Source: Nemertoderma westbladi (taxonomy: Eukaryota; Animalia; Xenacoelomorpha). From it: 64,000 nucleotides of DNA. Where the stretch lies: positions 57,723-121,722 of the forward strand of contig JAUCBJ010000641.1 in NCBI GenBank assembly GCA_032718475.1, read 5' to 3'. Each line of letters begins with the position of its first letter. Positions within the stretch are counted from its first letter, which is position 1. Positions 38,500 through 49,500 of the stretch are shown here, piece by piece. The notes under the pieces are model-generated. The model saw only the letters and a list, made by a program, of their open reading frames with translations. It did not search any database and had not been told where the DNA came from. A program made the position numbers and the translations under genes.

Positions 38500-39260
38500 A
38501 AAAGTATATTTGGTGACTGGTTAATAGCTAACCGATTGTCTCTTAACTTGTCCAAAATAGAATATACTGTACCCTATTTTCCAATATAATTAATGATGCT
38601 ACTCAAATCCCACGACCTCGAATCAATAAAAATAACATTAATTATTCAACTAGCACAAAATTTCTTGGAGTTTGGGTAAACAATGATTTGTCTTGGAAAC
38701 CACATATTCAATATATCCTTTAAAAGATTTCTAGAACGACTGCTCTATTCTATAAACTAGGCTATATCTTCCTTCCCTCCATATATTCTTCGAGGGGAAT
38801 TCTATTTCAGTCTAATCCACCCCTACCTACACTACGTACTCCTACTCTGGGGAAGTAGGCCTACAAATGTTACTACTTTAAAGCCTCTCTGTATTAAAAT
38901 TAATAAACTGCTCCGTTGTATAACCTTCAGCCACTTCCAGGCTTTGTCTGCACCCTTATACAAGTCATTACATATATTACCATTACAGTATAATTGCTTT
39001 CCAAACACCAGACCACCCTATTCATGCCTGCGTGACATTAATAGGTTTCGAATTAATCCTGTTTAGATTTAGGTATACGTCAACCACGCACCAAAATTAT
39101 ACCCGGTTAAGTTAATTTCCATATCCCCCATACAAGGTTGGATATTGCACAACGATCTACCTACCTCGGTCCTACTATTTGGAATAATATCCTTCCCACT
39201 GATCAACAATCCACTACACAATGTTTTTCTAAAAACTACAAACAGTATCTACTCATGTTC
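38500..39260 (+). pseudogene. Degraded CR1/L2 RT C-terminal fragment
   Basis: DWLIANRLSLNLSK, TKFLGVWVNNDLSWKPHI, SLIHPYLHY, GPTIWNNI with frameshifts. Confidence 0.8.
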
Positions 39261-39375
39261 TATTTAGTCTACCCAACAGATGTTTCTCCCCGGCTGGCAC
39301 CCTGGTTCAGTTTTCTGGTTATGTTAGTTTAATCAACAGTTGTTGTAAACGTCCCAGATACAAAAACCTAACTAC

Positions 39376-40531
39376 TGTTTGCGCTTTTAAGACCTTTGAC
39401 AGTTTAACCTGCCAAATTAGGATGTCTTTTAGATGATATATAGTCTTTAGCCTATGACGAGTATTTGATACACTACATTAGCCGAAGCCAGTCTATGCGC
39501 AATCATTCACCCGCTGGATATACCCGGGAGACTGAATTCGGAAGCTTAATGATTGATGGTGTAAGCCTACTGTATTATTCGACTGATCGTAATATATAAT
39601 CTCTGACAAATATTATTCACTTTCGGGAAATATTAACAGTTCCTTTAGGACGTGGCGCTCTAATTATGTAAACAGAGTTATGACTTAAACTAGACACAAC
39701 GAAAAGGCTATAGATTCACGTATATGGCGCATTCTTTAGGAGATGCTTTGTTATCAGTTACAATCATACACAATGCTGCACAATACTGCACACCAATCTG
39801 CCGACCTTCACTAATTTTAGTCACATACAAAGAGAATAACAGACAATACATGTAGGGCCTATAAAATAGCATTAGATTCACTTCAAACCACTTAACATAG
39901 GTCGCAATCGTTTATCTGTAACCTGTCTCTCTAACCTTTAGTATATCAAGAAGGTTGGGTGTCTGACTATTGATCAGTATTCCAAATATAATCTTCCATC
40001 AACAAATATAATGAATAACCGACAGCAAAAGCAGTAATGTTAAGTAAGATATGCATGATATGTTTAGTAAGCATTGATAAGGTAACTCGATAACAGATAT
40101 ACGTTCTATAATTAAGCCTACTAATGTAAGACTAAAGACTGAAACACGGAGGTGCCAAAAGCCGGTGTTCTTAGGCTCTGGGCAAAAACATAACACTGAA
40201 TTCCTGAGTTTCTGTATCCACCTCCAACACAGAGACAAAAACGCTCTGATTGGTCAACCGAACAACGAGAGAACAAAGAAACAAAGAAATGTCGACGTGG
40301 CAATATCAGCTGTTAACCGTCGTCATGGTAGCGACACTGTTTTCAAGAGTATCTAGCTTATCGCGTCACGAGATTGCGGATTATGTCCTCTAAAGTACAA
40401 ATACAGAGGAAATGACTTTTATGTCCTCTAAAACACCAGTACAGCAAGGACACGGCCTTTTTATGCCTGGCAAACCAACTACAGAGTACTTTAAGGGAAA
40501 ATAACCGGTTAATTACGCAAAAGCTTTTACA
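39376..40531 (-). repeat. 3' LTR of element B
   Basis: TGTTTGCGC...CTTTTACA; homologous to the other three BEL LTRs. Confidence 0.95.
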
Positions 40532-40609
40532 CCGCTCCCAGAAAATGGGATTTAAGTCTATAAAATATAACAAATCACAGTTTCTAAAATATAAAAATAC
40601 TCTAAACAG

Positions 40610-42049
40610 TTAGTCTTTCTTACGCGGACGGCGTTTACGCAGTTTTTTGAGGCTAGTAAGAGTCCTTTTCTCTTTGGGGCGAGCCACTTTACTAGGAGGG
40701 CTGTAACTCCTGGGTGAAGGGTGCAATACAATTGCATCAGAAGGTTTCGGATTGCGATCGGTGTATCCGCCGGTCGAGGTACCTGGTTGATTGATATCAA
40801 CTTCCGTGGAGCGCGGTCTAACAGCCTTTAGGGCGCGCCTCAGGACAGCAGCTCCTACGGGTCCTTGACGGGTTGTCTGGGCAATGGCGGTAGGCGGACC
40901 GTGAGTGGTGAGAAACTTCCTTGGTTTAATAGTTCTTTCCAGCTCGCGTTCTCGGGCTCGATATTCGTAGGGCCGTCGAGATACTTCCTGTAACTCAGGG
41001 TGCGAGTTGATAAATAAATCGCCATACTCAGGGTCTTGACGGATATAATTGATCAAATGGTATGAAGTAATATCGTTAGGATTGACATTCCTAAGGTATC
41101 TTCTAACAAATTTAGTGGAAATACACTCACCAACACGCTTCATTAGCTCGTAACTCGGTATGCGTGTTTTTTGTTCCACAGACGCTAATAAATAAGGATG
41201 GAACGCGTAAACTCCCTCGTAAGAGCGTCCAGGGTAGTATCGATGACGGGACTCACAGTGTAAATCCGCGTTAGCTTCCCAAGCTCGGATGTAGCGCAGG
41301 GTAATCATTTCATCTACGCTCTCTAAATCGTGATTAAAGGGGCAATTATAACTGGCATGTCCTTTAAGTTGACAGTGGTGGCATTGAGTCATAAATTGGG
41401 GGCAGACTGCAAAAATATGAGAGTTATTAAGTCTGCAATACGCACAATATATCTCCATCATTGGTTGTTTGTGGAAATAGGAGCAGGGTACGTCTGAGTC
41501 CATAGGGGTGAAATGGTCTCTCGATGCGCATAATCGACAACGTTTTCGAGAAACATAGTTAGCGTGTCGATAATCGTATGCGGTGAGACATTGTGGACCT
41601 TGATACCACTCTAAGACGTAGTCGTTATCGCTGCTCCGGGGCGCTGTAGGCTGAATCGCTTCAGCTTCTAAGCATATTGGTTCGTCTTCCAATTGCATAG
41701 CTGAGGTAGGTGCGGCTGTCTCCGCAAGCTGACCCACTGTCTGAACTTCGACGACAGAATAACCCGTGGGTATTCGGGGTCTTTGTATAACAGATGAATG
41801 CAAGTTCTGTATACAAACGTCCTGAAAAAGGGCAAATCCCGCGCTGTTTAGTTTCTCCGCCGCTGAGTCTCTCAGGCTGAGTTTGGTCAGAGCGCGGTCC
41901 TTGAACTGACTATCAACGTTACGGAACGGAGTCAGAAAGCGCCTGAAACATTCGAAACGGATGAATTTATTGTGTTCATCTAACTTGGCGAGTTTGGTTC
42001 CAAGTATTAAGGGATGGGTGCGGGGTGCGTATGGTACGACTGCACACAT
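40610..42049 (-). CDS. Extra ORF, distal part: Cys/His zinc knuckles and basic tail
   Basis: CRLCASRDH..C, CAYCRLNNSHIFAVC, CHHCQLKGHASYNC; C-terminal KKLRKRRPRKKD; overlaps the upstream ORF in another frame. Confidence 0.75.
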   Translation of the reverse strand: MCAVVPYAPRTHPLILGTKLAKLDEHNKFIRFECFRRFLTPFRNVDSQFKDRALTKLSLRDSAAEKLNSAGFALFQDVCIQNLHSSVIQRPRIPTGYSVVEVQTVGQLAETAAPTSAMQLEDEPICLEAEAIQPTAPRSSDNDYVLEWYQGPQCLTAYDYRHANYVSRKRCRLCASRDHFTPMDSDVPCSYFHKQPMMEIYCAYCRLNNSHIFAVCPQFMTQCHHCQLKGHASYNCPFNHDLESVDEMITLRYIRAWEANADLHCESRHRYYPGRSYEGVYAFHPYLLASVEQKTRIPSYELMKRVGECISTKFVRRYLRNVNPNDITSYHLINYIRQDPEYGDLFINSHPELQEVSRRPYEYRARERELERTIKPRKFLTTHGPPTAIAQTTRQGPVGAAVLRRALKAVRPRSTEVDINQPGTSTGGYTDRNPKPSDAIVLHPSPRSYSPPSKVARPKEKRTLTSLKKLRKRRPRKKD

Positions 42050-44870
42050 CGGCTAGCCAACCGGCAAGTGCTGCGTTTTCAAAGATCGTGTATATAGCTA
42101 AGGAGGGACGAAGTGGAACACTCATAAAGCTATACACGGCGCCAGGTGCGGTCAATGGTCCATCAAAGTATAAACGAGAATAGTGATCTCCGTATACTTG
42201 TTGGTAATTTATAGGATTTCCAACCTTGAAATTCCATCCGTATTCTTGAAAGGCAAGATGTCCGATGGAGGTTCGTTGTACTTTGGTAATTCCGCTGGGT
42301 GTATTGGCATACATAGTGCGGAAGAAACCTCGGCCTTCTGCCCAAGGAGCAATCAGCTGAGTATCAACGAAGGGGTATGGAATGTTCTCCATATTCCGAA
42401 AGTCGTTCTGTAGGTCTCCATAAACAGCTGAGCCGATTTTAAGGATTCCTTCGTTAAACAGCATCTCGAGCACGGGTTGGGGTAACATCGATCCATCGAT
42501 ACCCATGGCCGGCTTGCACTCGGTGTCGGTGACGTAACGCTGCGCGAGTTCAAATTGTCCATGTCGGAGTTTCTTTTGTGTCTCAGTAAGAGTTTCAAAA
42601 GAATAATCAATAACGTCGGAACACGCTCGAGTAAATACGTGGGTAGAACCAGCGAGTCCTCGTATATGTATCATCTGCGTAGTTCCAAGTTCTCCAACCG
42701 GAACGCTACCTTCGTTATCGTAAGTGACAACTCCATACATCTCGATAACGTTAAGAGTTTCGTTCCACTCTTTAGTGGCGTTTTCGAGTGTCATTCCCAC
42801 AGGATGCCACAAGGTAGCACATTCGCTAGCATTAGGCAGGTCTTTATACTTTAAATATTGTGTGGTATATGTTTCCACATCTCCATATCGTTGTATTCTT
42901 TCCTCCTCGAATAACACATCAAGATTCCAGTGCACTAAACGAGTTTTGATGAATCCATCAAGATTATACGGAGGTATTGTTTCTTTCTCTATTCTGGAAA
43001 CATTATATGGTTTTCGAAACGAGTTTACTTTAACTAACTGATCCAGATGTTTCTGCAGTTGTTCGAGTTCGACAAGATCGAGAGGATTTATTAACGGTAG
43101 AAACTTCAGACTATGTGTAGGATCTTCCGGTTTTACCATGTAATATTGTTTTAGATTGACGTAATAAGGGTGATCTTTGATCCCATAAAACGAGTCCGGT
43201 AAAGGTCTAGCGCGTATGTTTACATCGTGTACCATGCGACGGACAAGATCTGCTCTATTGTCCAGAGGTTCAACGAGTATACCATCGACACGAGCGGGTT
43301 CGATGGGCGGACGCTGCAACAGAGGAGCGTCGGCGATAAGATCGCGAGATCTTAGGTTGATATCAATCGGTTGGGGTTGTGCCGTCGCAAAAAGTTTGTC
43401 TCCGAAATGGGGAACCATCGAGGGATGAAGAATGGTTTTAGAGTAGAGATCCGTCATAAGGATTTCCGCTTCGGGTTGAGCTAAAGCCGCTTCTTCTCTC
43501 TCATCCAGTTCTATATGTCTCTCCTCGAGCTGATTCTCCTCCGCTTGTTGTTGTAGACGCTCATCTAGAAACTCTTGTAAAGAGTAGGTTCGTCCACGTT
43601 CGATGTCCTCCTCGAGATTTTGTATTTCTCTATCGAACTGGGGTAAAGCTAATTCCTTCACCGCTTGGACTTGTTGCTGCAATTTACGCTTCTCCAAACA
43701 ATCGTACGTTCCCTTTCCGATTTTCTGCCGAATAGCGTCTAATGCGTTTCGTACGACGCTCTCTTCGACTTCCGTAACGGGTTGGATAGAGGTGAAGCCG
43801 GGACGGTTGTATGGGTTAAACGGCGATATTAGTTGACCACGTCCCAATCCAGCTAGGTAGGGTTGGCGAATGTCTCGTGAGCCTACTACCAGAGTGCCAC
43901 CGATCAACTGTTCGGGTAACACTAGATCTTTGAACAGTGAGTACAGTTCGGGAGGATCCGTGATACTATTAGGGTCAAGAGTTTGAGGTCTAACTGAGGA
44001 ATGCGGAGGTCTGACCGAGTATTCCGGAACTCTGATCATCGGTTTGTTCAAGGATCGCTTGAGTCGAGCGACCGCAGGGGACACGTCGAACAGGTTTCGC
44101 TCGAAACTCCCGTAAGTATATCGTGTAAAACTGTGTTTAGCGCAACGTCTCCGCGGATGTTTATGTCTTTCCATTTGCTGATTGGGTCTAGGGCATTCGT
44201 CACAGTAATACCAAAGACGCATGTCCTGCAGAGGAAACGCGGGTGATCGTTCTCCAGTTTTACAATATTCCTCCATCTGTTCGAAGCTATCTGGGACAAC
44301 AGGTAGCGGTCGATCGGCGGTAAGATACATCATAGTGAAATAGAGTCGTTTGAGTTCTATCATAGGATCATGATGTATACCTTGAGGATATCGAGTTTCG
44401 AGATTTTGTTGACTGGCAATATTGAGGTATGTTTCTCTCAAGAATTCCAGATAATCGTTGAAGTCGTTGCGTTTATCCGGTTCTTCAACGTCTTCTCTTT
44501 CGAGTCGGTTTCGAATAGAGTTCTCGTGTTCTATTCTTGGCTTATCGTTCCGATTCCGTTGGGTATGATATTTAAATAAAACCATTTCCCTTTCGGTATC
44601 CACATCGTCCGTATTGTGTAAATCGATAGGGTGGCCGGTAGTTAAGAAGTCCATATACGTACCATTACGATGCGTATAGCGAGCTGTGAACTTTCTATAG
44701 TCCAATTCACGCGTAAGTTGCTCCAGGGACATTGGCGGTTCGATATAACGACCATCATCCTCCGTAGTAGTTGGACCAGCGTCGCCGTGTATCAAGCTAT
44801 CGACAAACGCTTGTAAAGGTAGAGTATATCGCTCCCTGATACCAAGATCATCTTCTATCAACTCAGTCAT
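41976..44870 (-). CDS. Extra ORF, 964 aa, with putative DEDD/DnaQ 3'-5' exonuclease domain (WRN/EXD/RNase D-like)
   Basis: VVTYDNEG (ExoI), LPQPVLEMLFNEGILKIGSAVYGD (ExoII), FVDTQ, SIGHLA, PLTAPGAVYS (ExoIII-like), about 42110-42760. Confidence 0.72.
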   Translation of the reverse strand: MTELIEDDLGIRERYTLPLQAFVDSLIHGDAGPTTTEDDGRYIEPPMSLEQLTRELDYRKFTARYTHRNGTYMDFLTTGHPIDLHNTDDVDTEREMVLFKYHTQRNRNDKPRIEHENSIRNRLEREDVEEPDKRNDFNDYLEFLRETYLNIASQQNLETRYPQGIHHDPMIELKRLYFTMMYLTADRPLPVVPDSFEQMEEYCKTGERSPAFPLQDMRLWYYCDECPRPNQQMERHKHPRRRCAKHSFTRYTYGSFERNLFDVSPAVARLKRSLNKPMIRVPEYSVRPPHSSVRPQTLDPNSITDPPELYSLFKDLVLPEQLIGGTLVVGSRDIRQPYLAGLGRGQLISPFNPYNRPGFTSIQPVTEVEESVVRNALDAIRQKIGKGTYDCLEKRKLQQQVQAVKELALPQFDREIQNLEEDIERGRTYSLQEFLDERLQQQAEENQLEERHIELDEREEAALAQPEAEILMTDLYSKTILHPSMVPHFGDKLFATAQPQPIDINLRSRDLIADAPLLQRPPIEPARVDGILVEPLDNRADLVRRMVHDVNIRARPLPDSFYGIKDHPYYVNLKQYYMVKPEDPTHSLKFLPLINPLDLVELEQLQKHLDQLVKVNSFRKPYNVSRIEKETIPPYNLDGFIKTRLVHWNLDVLFEEERIQRYGDVETYTTQYLKYKDLPNASECATLWHPVGMTLENATKEWNETLNVIEMYGVVTYDNEGSVPVGELGTTQMIHIRGLAGSTHVFTRACSDVIDYSFETLTETQKKLRHGQFELAQRYVTDTECKPAMGIDGSMLPQPVLEMLFNEGILKIGSAVYGDLQNDFRNMENIPYPFVDTQLIAPWAEGRGFFRTMYANTPSGITKVQRTSIGHLAFQEYGWNFKVGNPINYQQVYGDHYSRLYFDGPLTAPGAVYSFMSVPLRPSLAIYTIFENAALAGWLADVCSRTIRTPHPSLNTWNQTRQVR

Positions 44871-46513
44871 ATCTGCTATGAGTTTATCAATATTATAATG
44901 AGTCTATATATATTAGGCTAGCGGGCGTCGCTGCCTACCCCTCTTTTGCCCCCGGACAGTGTAAGATCCTCAGCGCCGATGTACCGTCGTCGCCGTGCTT
45001 TCGCCAACGATGTAGCTACACAACGACAACGATAACCGGCACAAGTCACTTCACTGTCCGTCCCAAAGGCTTAGATGTACTGCAGGTTCTTCTTGGAGAG
45101 TTAGGGTTACTTTCACAATTGCGACTCGCTACTGTAAACACACCTTAGTAGTAACATTCACCTACAAACACACAAATTCAACACAACTGCAACAAACTGC
45201 ACACATTCGGGCCATTTGTCCGTTAGTCAGTACCTTCCAGAATGTCACTGTATTTATTATGTATCCTTGGATACTAGCAGTGCGCTATTTATTCCCTATG
45301 CTATTCAATGGGGCATGCTTTCTATTGTTCTTTTAACTCACTTCTAATTCTAGCGTGGTTGTTGCCATGGTGACATTATGGAAAGCTAGCGGTAGAATTA
45401 GGGTAATTCTCATGCATACAGATTTGGGATGCTATTTAATAGTAATTCTTTAATGGTCAATATCCCCTTTATACATGATTCTATGAATTTTATCGGCTAT
45501 TGACTATGCATTGGAGACCCTCGCACACAAATACACTTAATAGAGTGAATCTCCGCTCCCATGATCCATTAATTAATGGAACTTTGGGAATGTTATAAAT
45601 TGCACAAAATGACAATTTATTAAATTCATTGAAATATATGAATTTAAATCTATTCCCGTAAATTTTATTATTTAATATTAAAATGGACACAATTTTATTC
45701 CAGAACGTGTCTGGGGACTGGGATCCTTGATTCTAGGAATTTTGTCCTTTTAAGAGTATCGGTAAGTGCTACGATATCTTAATCGACTAGAATTTTAAAG
45801 GATCTGATATTTGACAGATTTTTGTAAATATTAATAATTAATATTTAGGATGGGCACCAGTTTATTCCAGAACTTGTCTGGGGACGTTAACCATTGATTC
45901 TAGAAATTTGTCTTTCAAGTATATCGGTGGGTGCTGCGATATCTTAATCGACTAGAATTACATATGGTCAAAGGGTTTAACAGATTTATTTTGCGTTATA
46001 CGCTACTGTTAAAGGGACATCACGCTACTATATGTATTATTTAATATACGGTATGAGAGCAATATCGCACGAAGCAATGTCAGTGTGAAGAGGCAAGTCG
46101 TTTCCAAGGTCTACCCAGAGCTTGGTTTAGCCGAGACACGAGGATCTGAACTTTGCATTCCTAATACTCTGCCTACCAATAATACTTGAATATAGTAGTG
46201 GCTTTATTGTACTTTAATAAGTACGGATATTTCATCTTACTGTAGTCACGTATTGATAATGTAATACGGGCAGTAAGGAAAGAGAAAAAGAATTATTTCT
46301 CGCCGTCGCACTAAATATATAATATACGTAATTAAATAATAAATGCGAATATATATTGCACTAATCTACTAAATAATCTCTAAAATACTATACTACTAAA
46401 TAAAATTAAATAAAACGATTAAAATAAAATTACATAATAATACATACATAAATATAAAAATAAAACAAATACAAATATAAAGTAATATGGTCACACACCC
46501 ACTCCAGCCATTG

Positions 46514-49500
46514 TTAAGTTGGGGAGTCCCTAGATGTTTGTTGGATTAGGGAGGTGGTCGTGGGAAGAGTATCTTGTCTCCCATAGTTTCCGGAGAGTTC
46601 TCTGTCTCTTTCCAGTAAACATAAACGTCCCACCGGGCGATTGAGCTGCTGCGTCTCGAAGAAAATTCCCGGTTTCTTGAAGTTACGTCGCATGACGACG
46701 AGTTCTACCGATCGCACCAAACCGTCATCCGAGATGTGGGTCTCGATGATACGACCTGTCTGCCACCTCTTACGTGGAAGATCTACATCCACAATAAGAA
46801 CCATGTCTCCAGCGCTAACGTTTTCTTGCTGCGCAAACCACTTAGTTCGAAGTTGTAGCGTGGGCAGATAATGTTTTTCGAAATGGTCAGCGAAACGACG
46901 GGATAACAACTGCATGAGTTGCCAAGTTTGTCGGCAGTATTCGTCTCCGTCTGTGATTTCCGATTGTGGGAGCATGGCTACAGGTTTCTTCAGTAGGAAG
47001 TGCGCGGGTGTTAGCGCTTCCAGGGAATCGGGACTCGATGAGACTGGCATAAGCGGTCTCTCGTTGAGATAGGCGGCGATTTCTTCCATTAACGTCCGCA
47101 AAAGTTCGTCGGTGAGATAAGCGCGGCAAGGCACTATAAAATGAAATGCTGTCTTCACGCTTCTTATTAATCTCTCCCAACTTCCTCCCCACCAAGGGGC
47201 GTCGGCGGCGTTGAAGGTCCAACTAGACGCTGTTACTCGTAGTTGGTCGTCCACCTGTCTTTGGTTCCAATCTTTGGCGTAAGCTTTGATTTCATTGTTG
47301 GCACCAATGAAGTTTGTTCCCTTATCAGATCTCATCGTGTTACTAGTGCCAAAGCGAGCGATCTGTCGTCGTAAGCTTAATAGAAAGCTGTTGGTAGATA
47401 AATCGTTCACCATATCGAGATGGATGGCTCTACAAGTCATACAAACAAAGATTACACACCATCTCTTGACTATAGTCCTAGCACGATATACTTCAATAGG
47501 GCCAAATAAATCCACACCGGTATTAGTAAAGGGTGGTTCATAAAAGCTTACTCGTTCCCTAGGTAATTCTGCCTCTCTCTGTGTTAAAGGCCTACTGAAT
47601 GCTTTCCTACAGGGTATACAGTTCCTAAGAACTTGGTTCAGAGCTCTACGGGGTTTATAAAAATAATAGCGAGTTCGAATTTCGCTAAGAACTCATTCTC
47701 TACCAGCATGATAAAGTTTGCTGTGAACATCTACAATCATCTTGACTTGTATTTCAAGATTTCTAATGAGTATGGGGAACTTAGTATCAAAGGATAATGG
47801 GGCATTCGTTAACCTTCCTCCAACACGTATCAACCCATCTATCATTGTGCTAGAGAAACGATCCCTTAAGCGCATCTGTGGATTTCTCAACAACAGGAAA
47901 TACTTATCGGAATCTTCATAGCATTGTAAGAGTCTCAGCATCTGTTTGTTGGTTTCTTCATGCTCCTGATAACTGATCTTCTCCTTCAGAAACTTGTCGG
48001 GTACCTTATATTTGGGAATGTCTTTAATAACATGGACCTGCACTGATGTGATTGGAGCGGTATCACCCTTTGTTTTCATCCCAGAGTAGTGATGGTGAAA
48101 ACATCTCTTTAAATATGTAACGGCCTTACAAAGCCGATTCCAAGAACTGTAGTGATGCATCGCTCTCTGCAGAAGAGGTGAGAGTCCTTGCGAGACGTCT
48201 GGTATACCAGATTTCCAATCCTTATCATGGATTTCCACAATGGGTTTATTTGTGGCTGTGGGTTTCTGATCCAAAGCGTCGTCTCCGGAAGTATGTAGTA
48301 CAGACAGATCTACTGTGGGTTTGAATAACTTCGATTTACTCGCCTGAGTTTTAGGTTTGACTTTCTCCGCTCCCTTGGCCTGTCTAATTTCTGCTGTAGT
48401 AAGATGAGGAGGCCATTCTTCTTCTTCTTGGTAGAGGAAGTTGGGTCCACCTAACCAGTCTGGAGTATCTACCAGTTCTTGTGGAGTTGCTCCCCTGGAA
48501 GCGATGTCTGCTGGATTAATCGTTCCGGGGCAATGTCTCCATTGATCCATCGTCGTGCGACTGAGTATAATAGCTACTCTGTTGGTAATAAAGACGCTGA
48601 ACTGACAGACTTCATTGGTTATATACTCCAACACGAGTAAAGCGTCGGTCCAATAGACAGTTTTCTCCAGGGGATAGTCGATCTGTTCTGTTACATTCCG
48701 GCCGATGGCTGTAGCGTATAGAGCCACTTTTAACTCCGCTCGAGGAACTTTCAACTTGTTGTTTATTAATGCCTTAGAGGTAACCAAGGCGACTTTAATT
48801 CCGTCCGGAGTTTCCACCCTTAGGTAGGCTACTATACCTATTCCCATATCGCTGGCGTCTCCAAACACATGGAGTTGATATGAATACGTAGGGAGAACAT
48901 GACCAAACTATGAACGGGAAATTATGAAGTTTTCGATGGCTGGTAGAGAATCTTCCCATTTCATCCACTTCTTTAATAATTCTCCCTTAAGTGGATCGTC
49001 CCATGAGTGGTTTTCAAGCCACATTTGTTGTACTAAACTCCGAGCAATCAATATAACTGGGCTAATAAATCCCAATGGATCGAAATAAGTGCTCAGGATA
49101 CTTAAACAAATCCGTTTAGTCCGAACTGGATTATCTCGCTGTTTTAATTGGAAAAACAGGATGTCTCTTTCTGTGTCCCATTTCAAACCAAGGGTCTTAG
49201 TTTCTGGGAGATCATCCTTTATTAGATCTAGGTCTTTTGCTCCTCGATCTTCTACCGGGATCGACTCCAGAAACTCACGGGAGTTGCTGGTGAATTTAGT
49301 TAATCGAAATCCACCTCTTTTTAAGCACTCTACCGTTCCTTTAGCGACGTCAATGGCTTCTTCGACTGATGGAAGGGACTTTAGATTATCGTCCATGTAG
49401 ATGTCTCGTTTGATATTGTCGATCACTTCTTTAGAGAAGGCGTCTCGGTTGTCATCCGCAGTGGTGCGCACCACGGAACAGGCGTTTGAAGGGCTCGAGA

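Noticed and set aside
40350-40458. C-to-T deamination of the 3' LTR as cause of the LTR differences
   Set aside because: Element A LTRs mostly share the T alleles, so the change is T>C in the other LTR
40610-44870. Envelope gene
   Set aside because: No signal peptide or transmembrane stretch visible; motifs indicate a nucleic-acid-acting protein
47693-48910. Programmed read-through at the two pol stops
   Set aside because: They fall within RNase H-region and integrase zinc-finger coding, not at a gag-pol boundary; simple nonsense mutations are likelier
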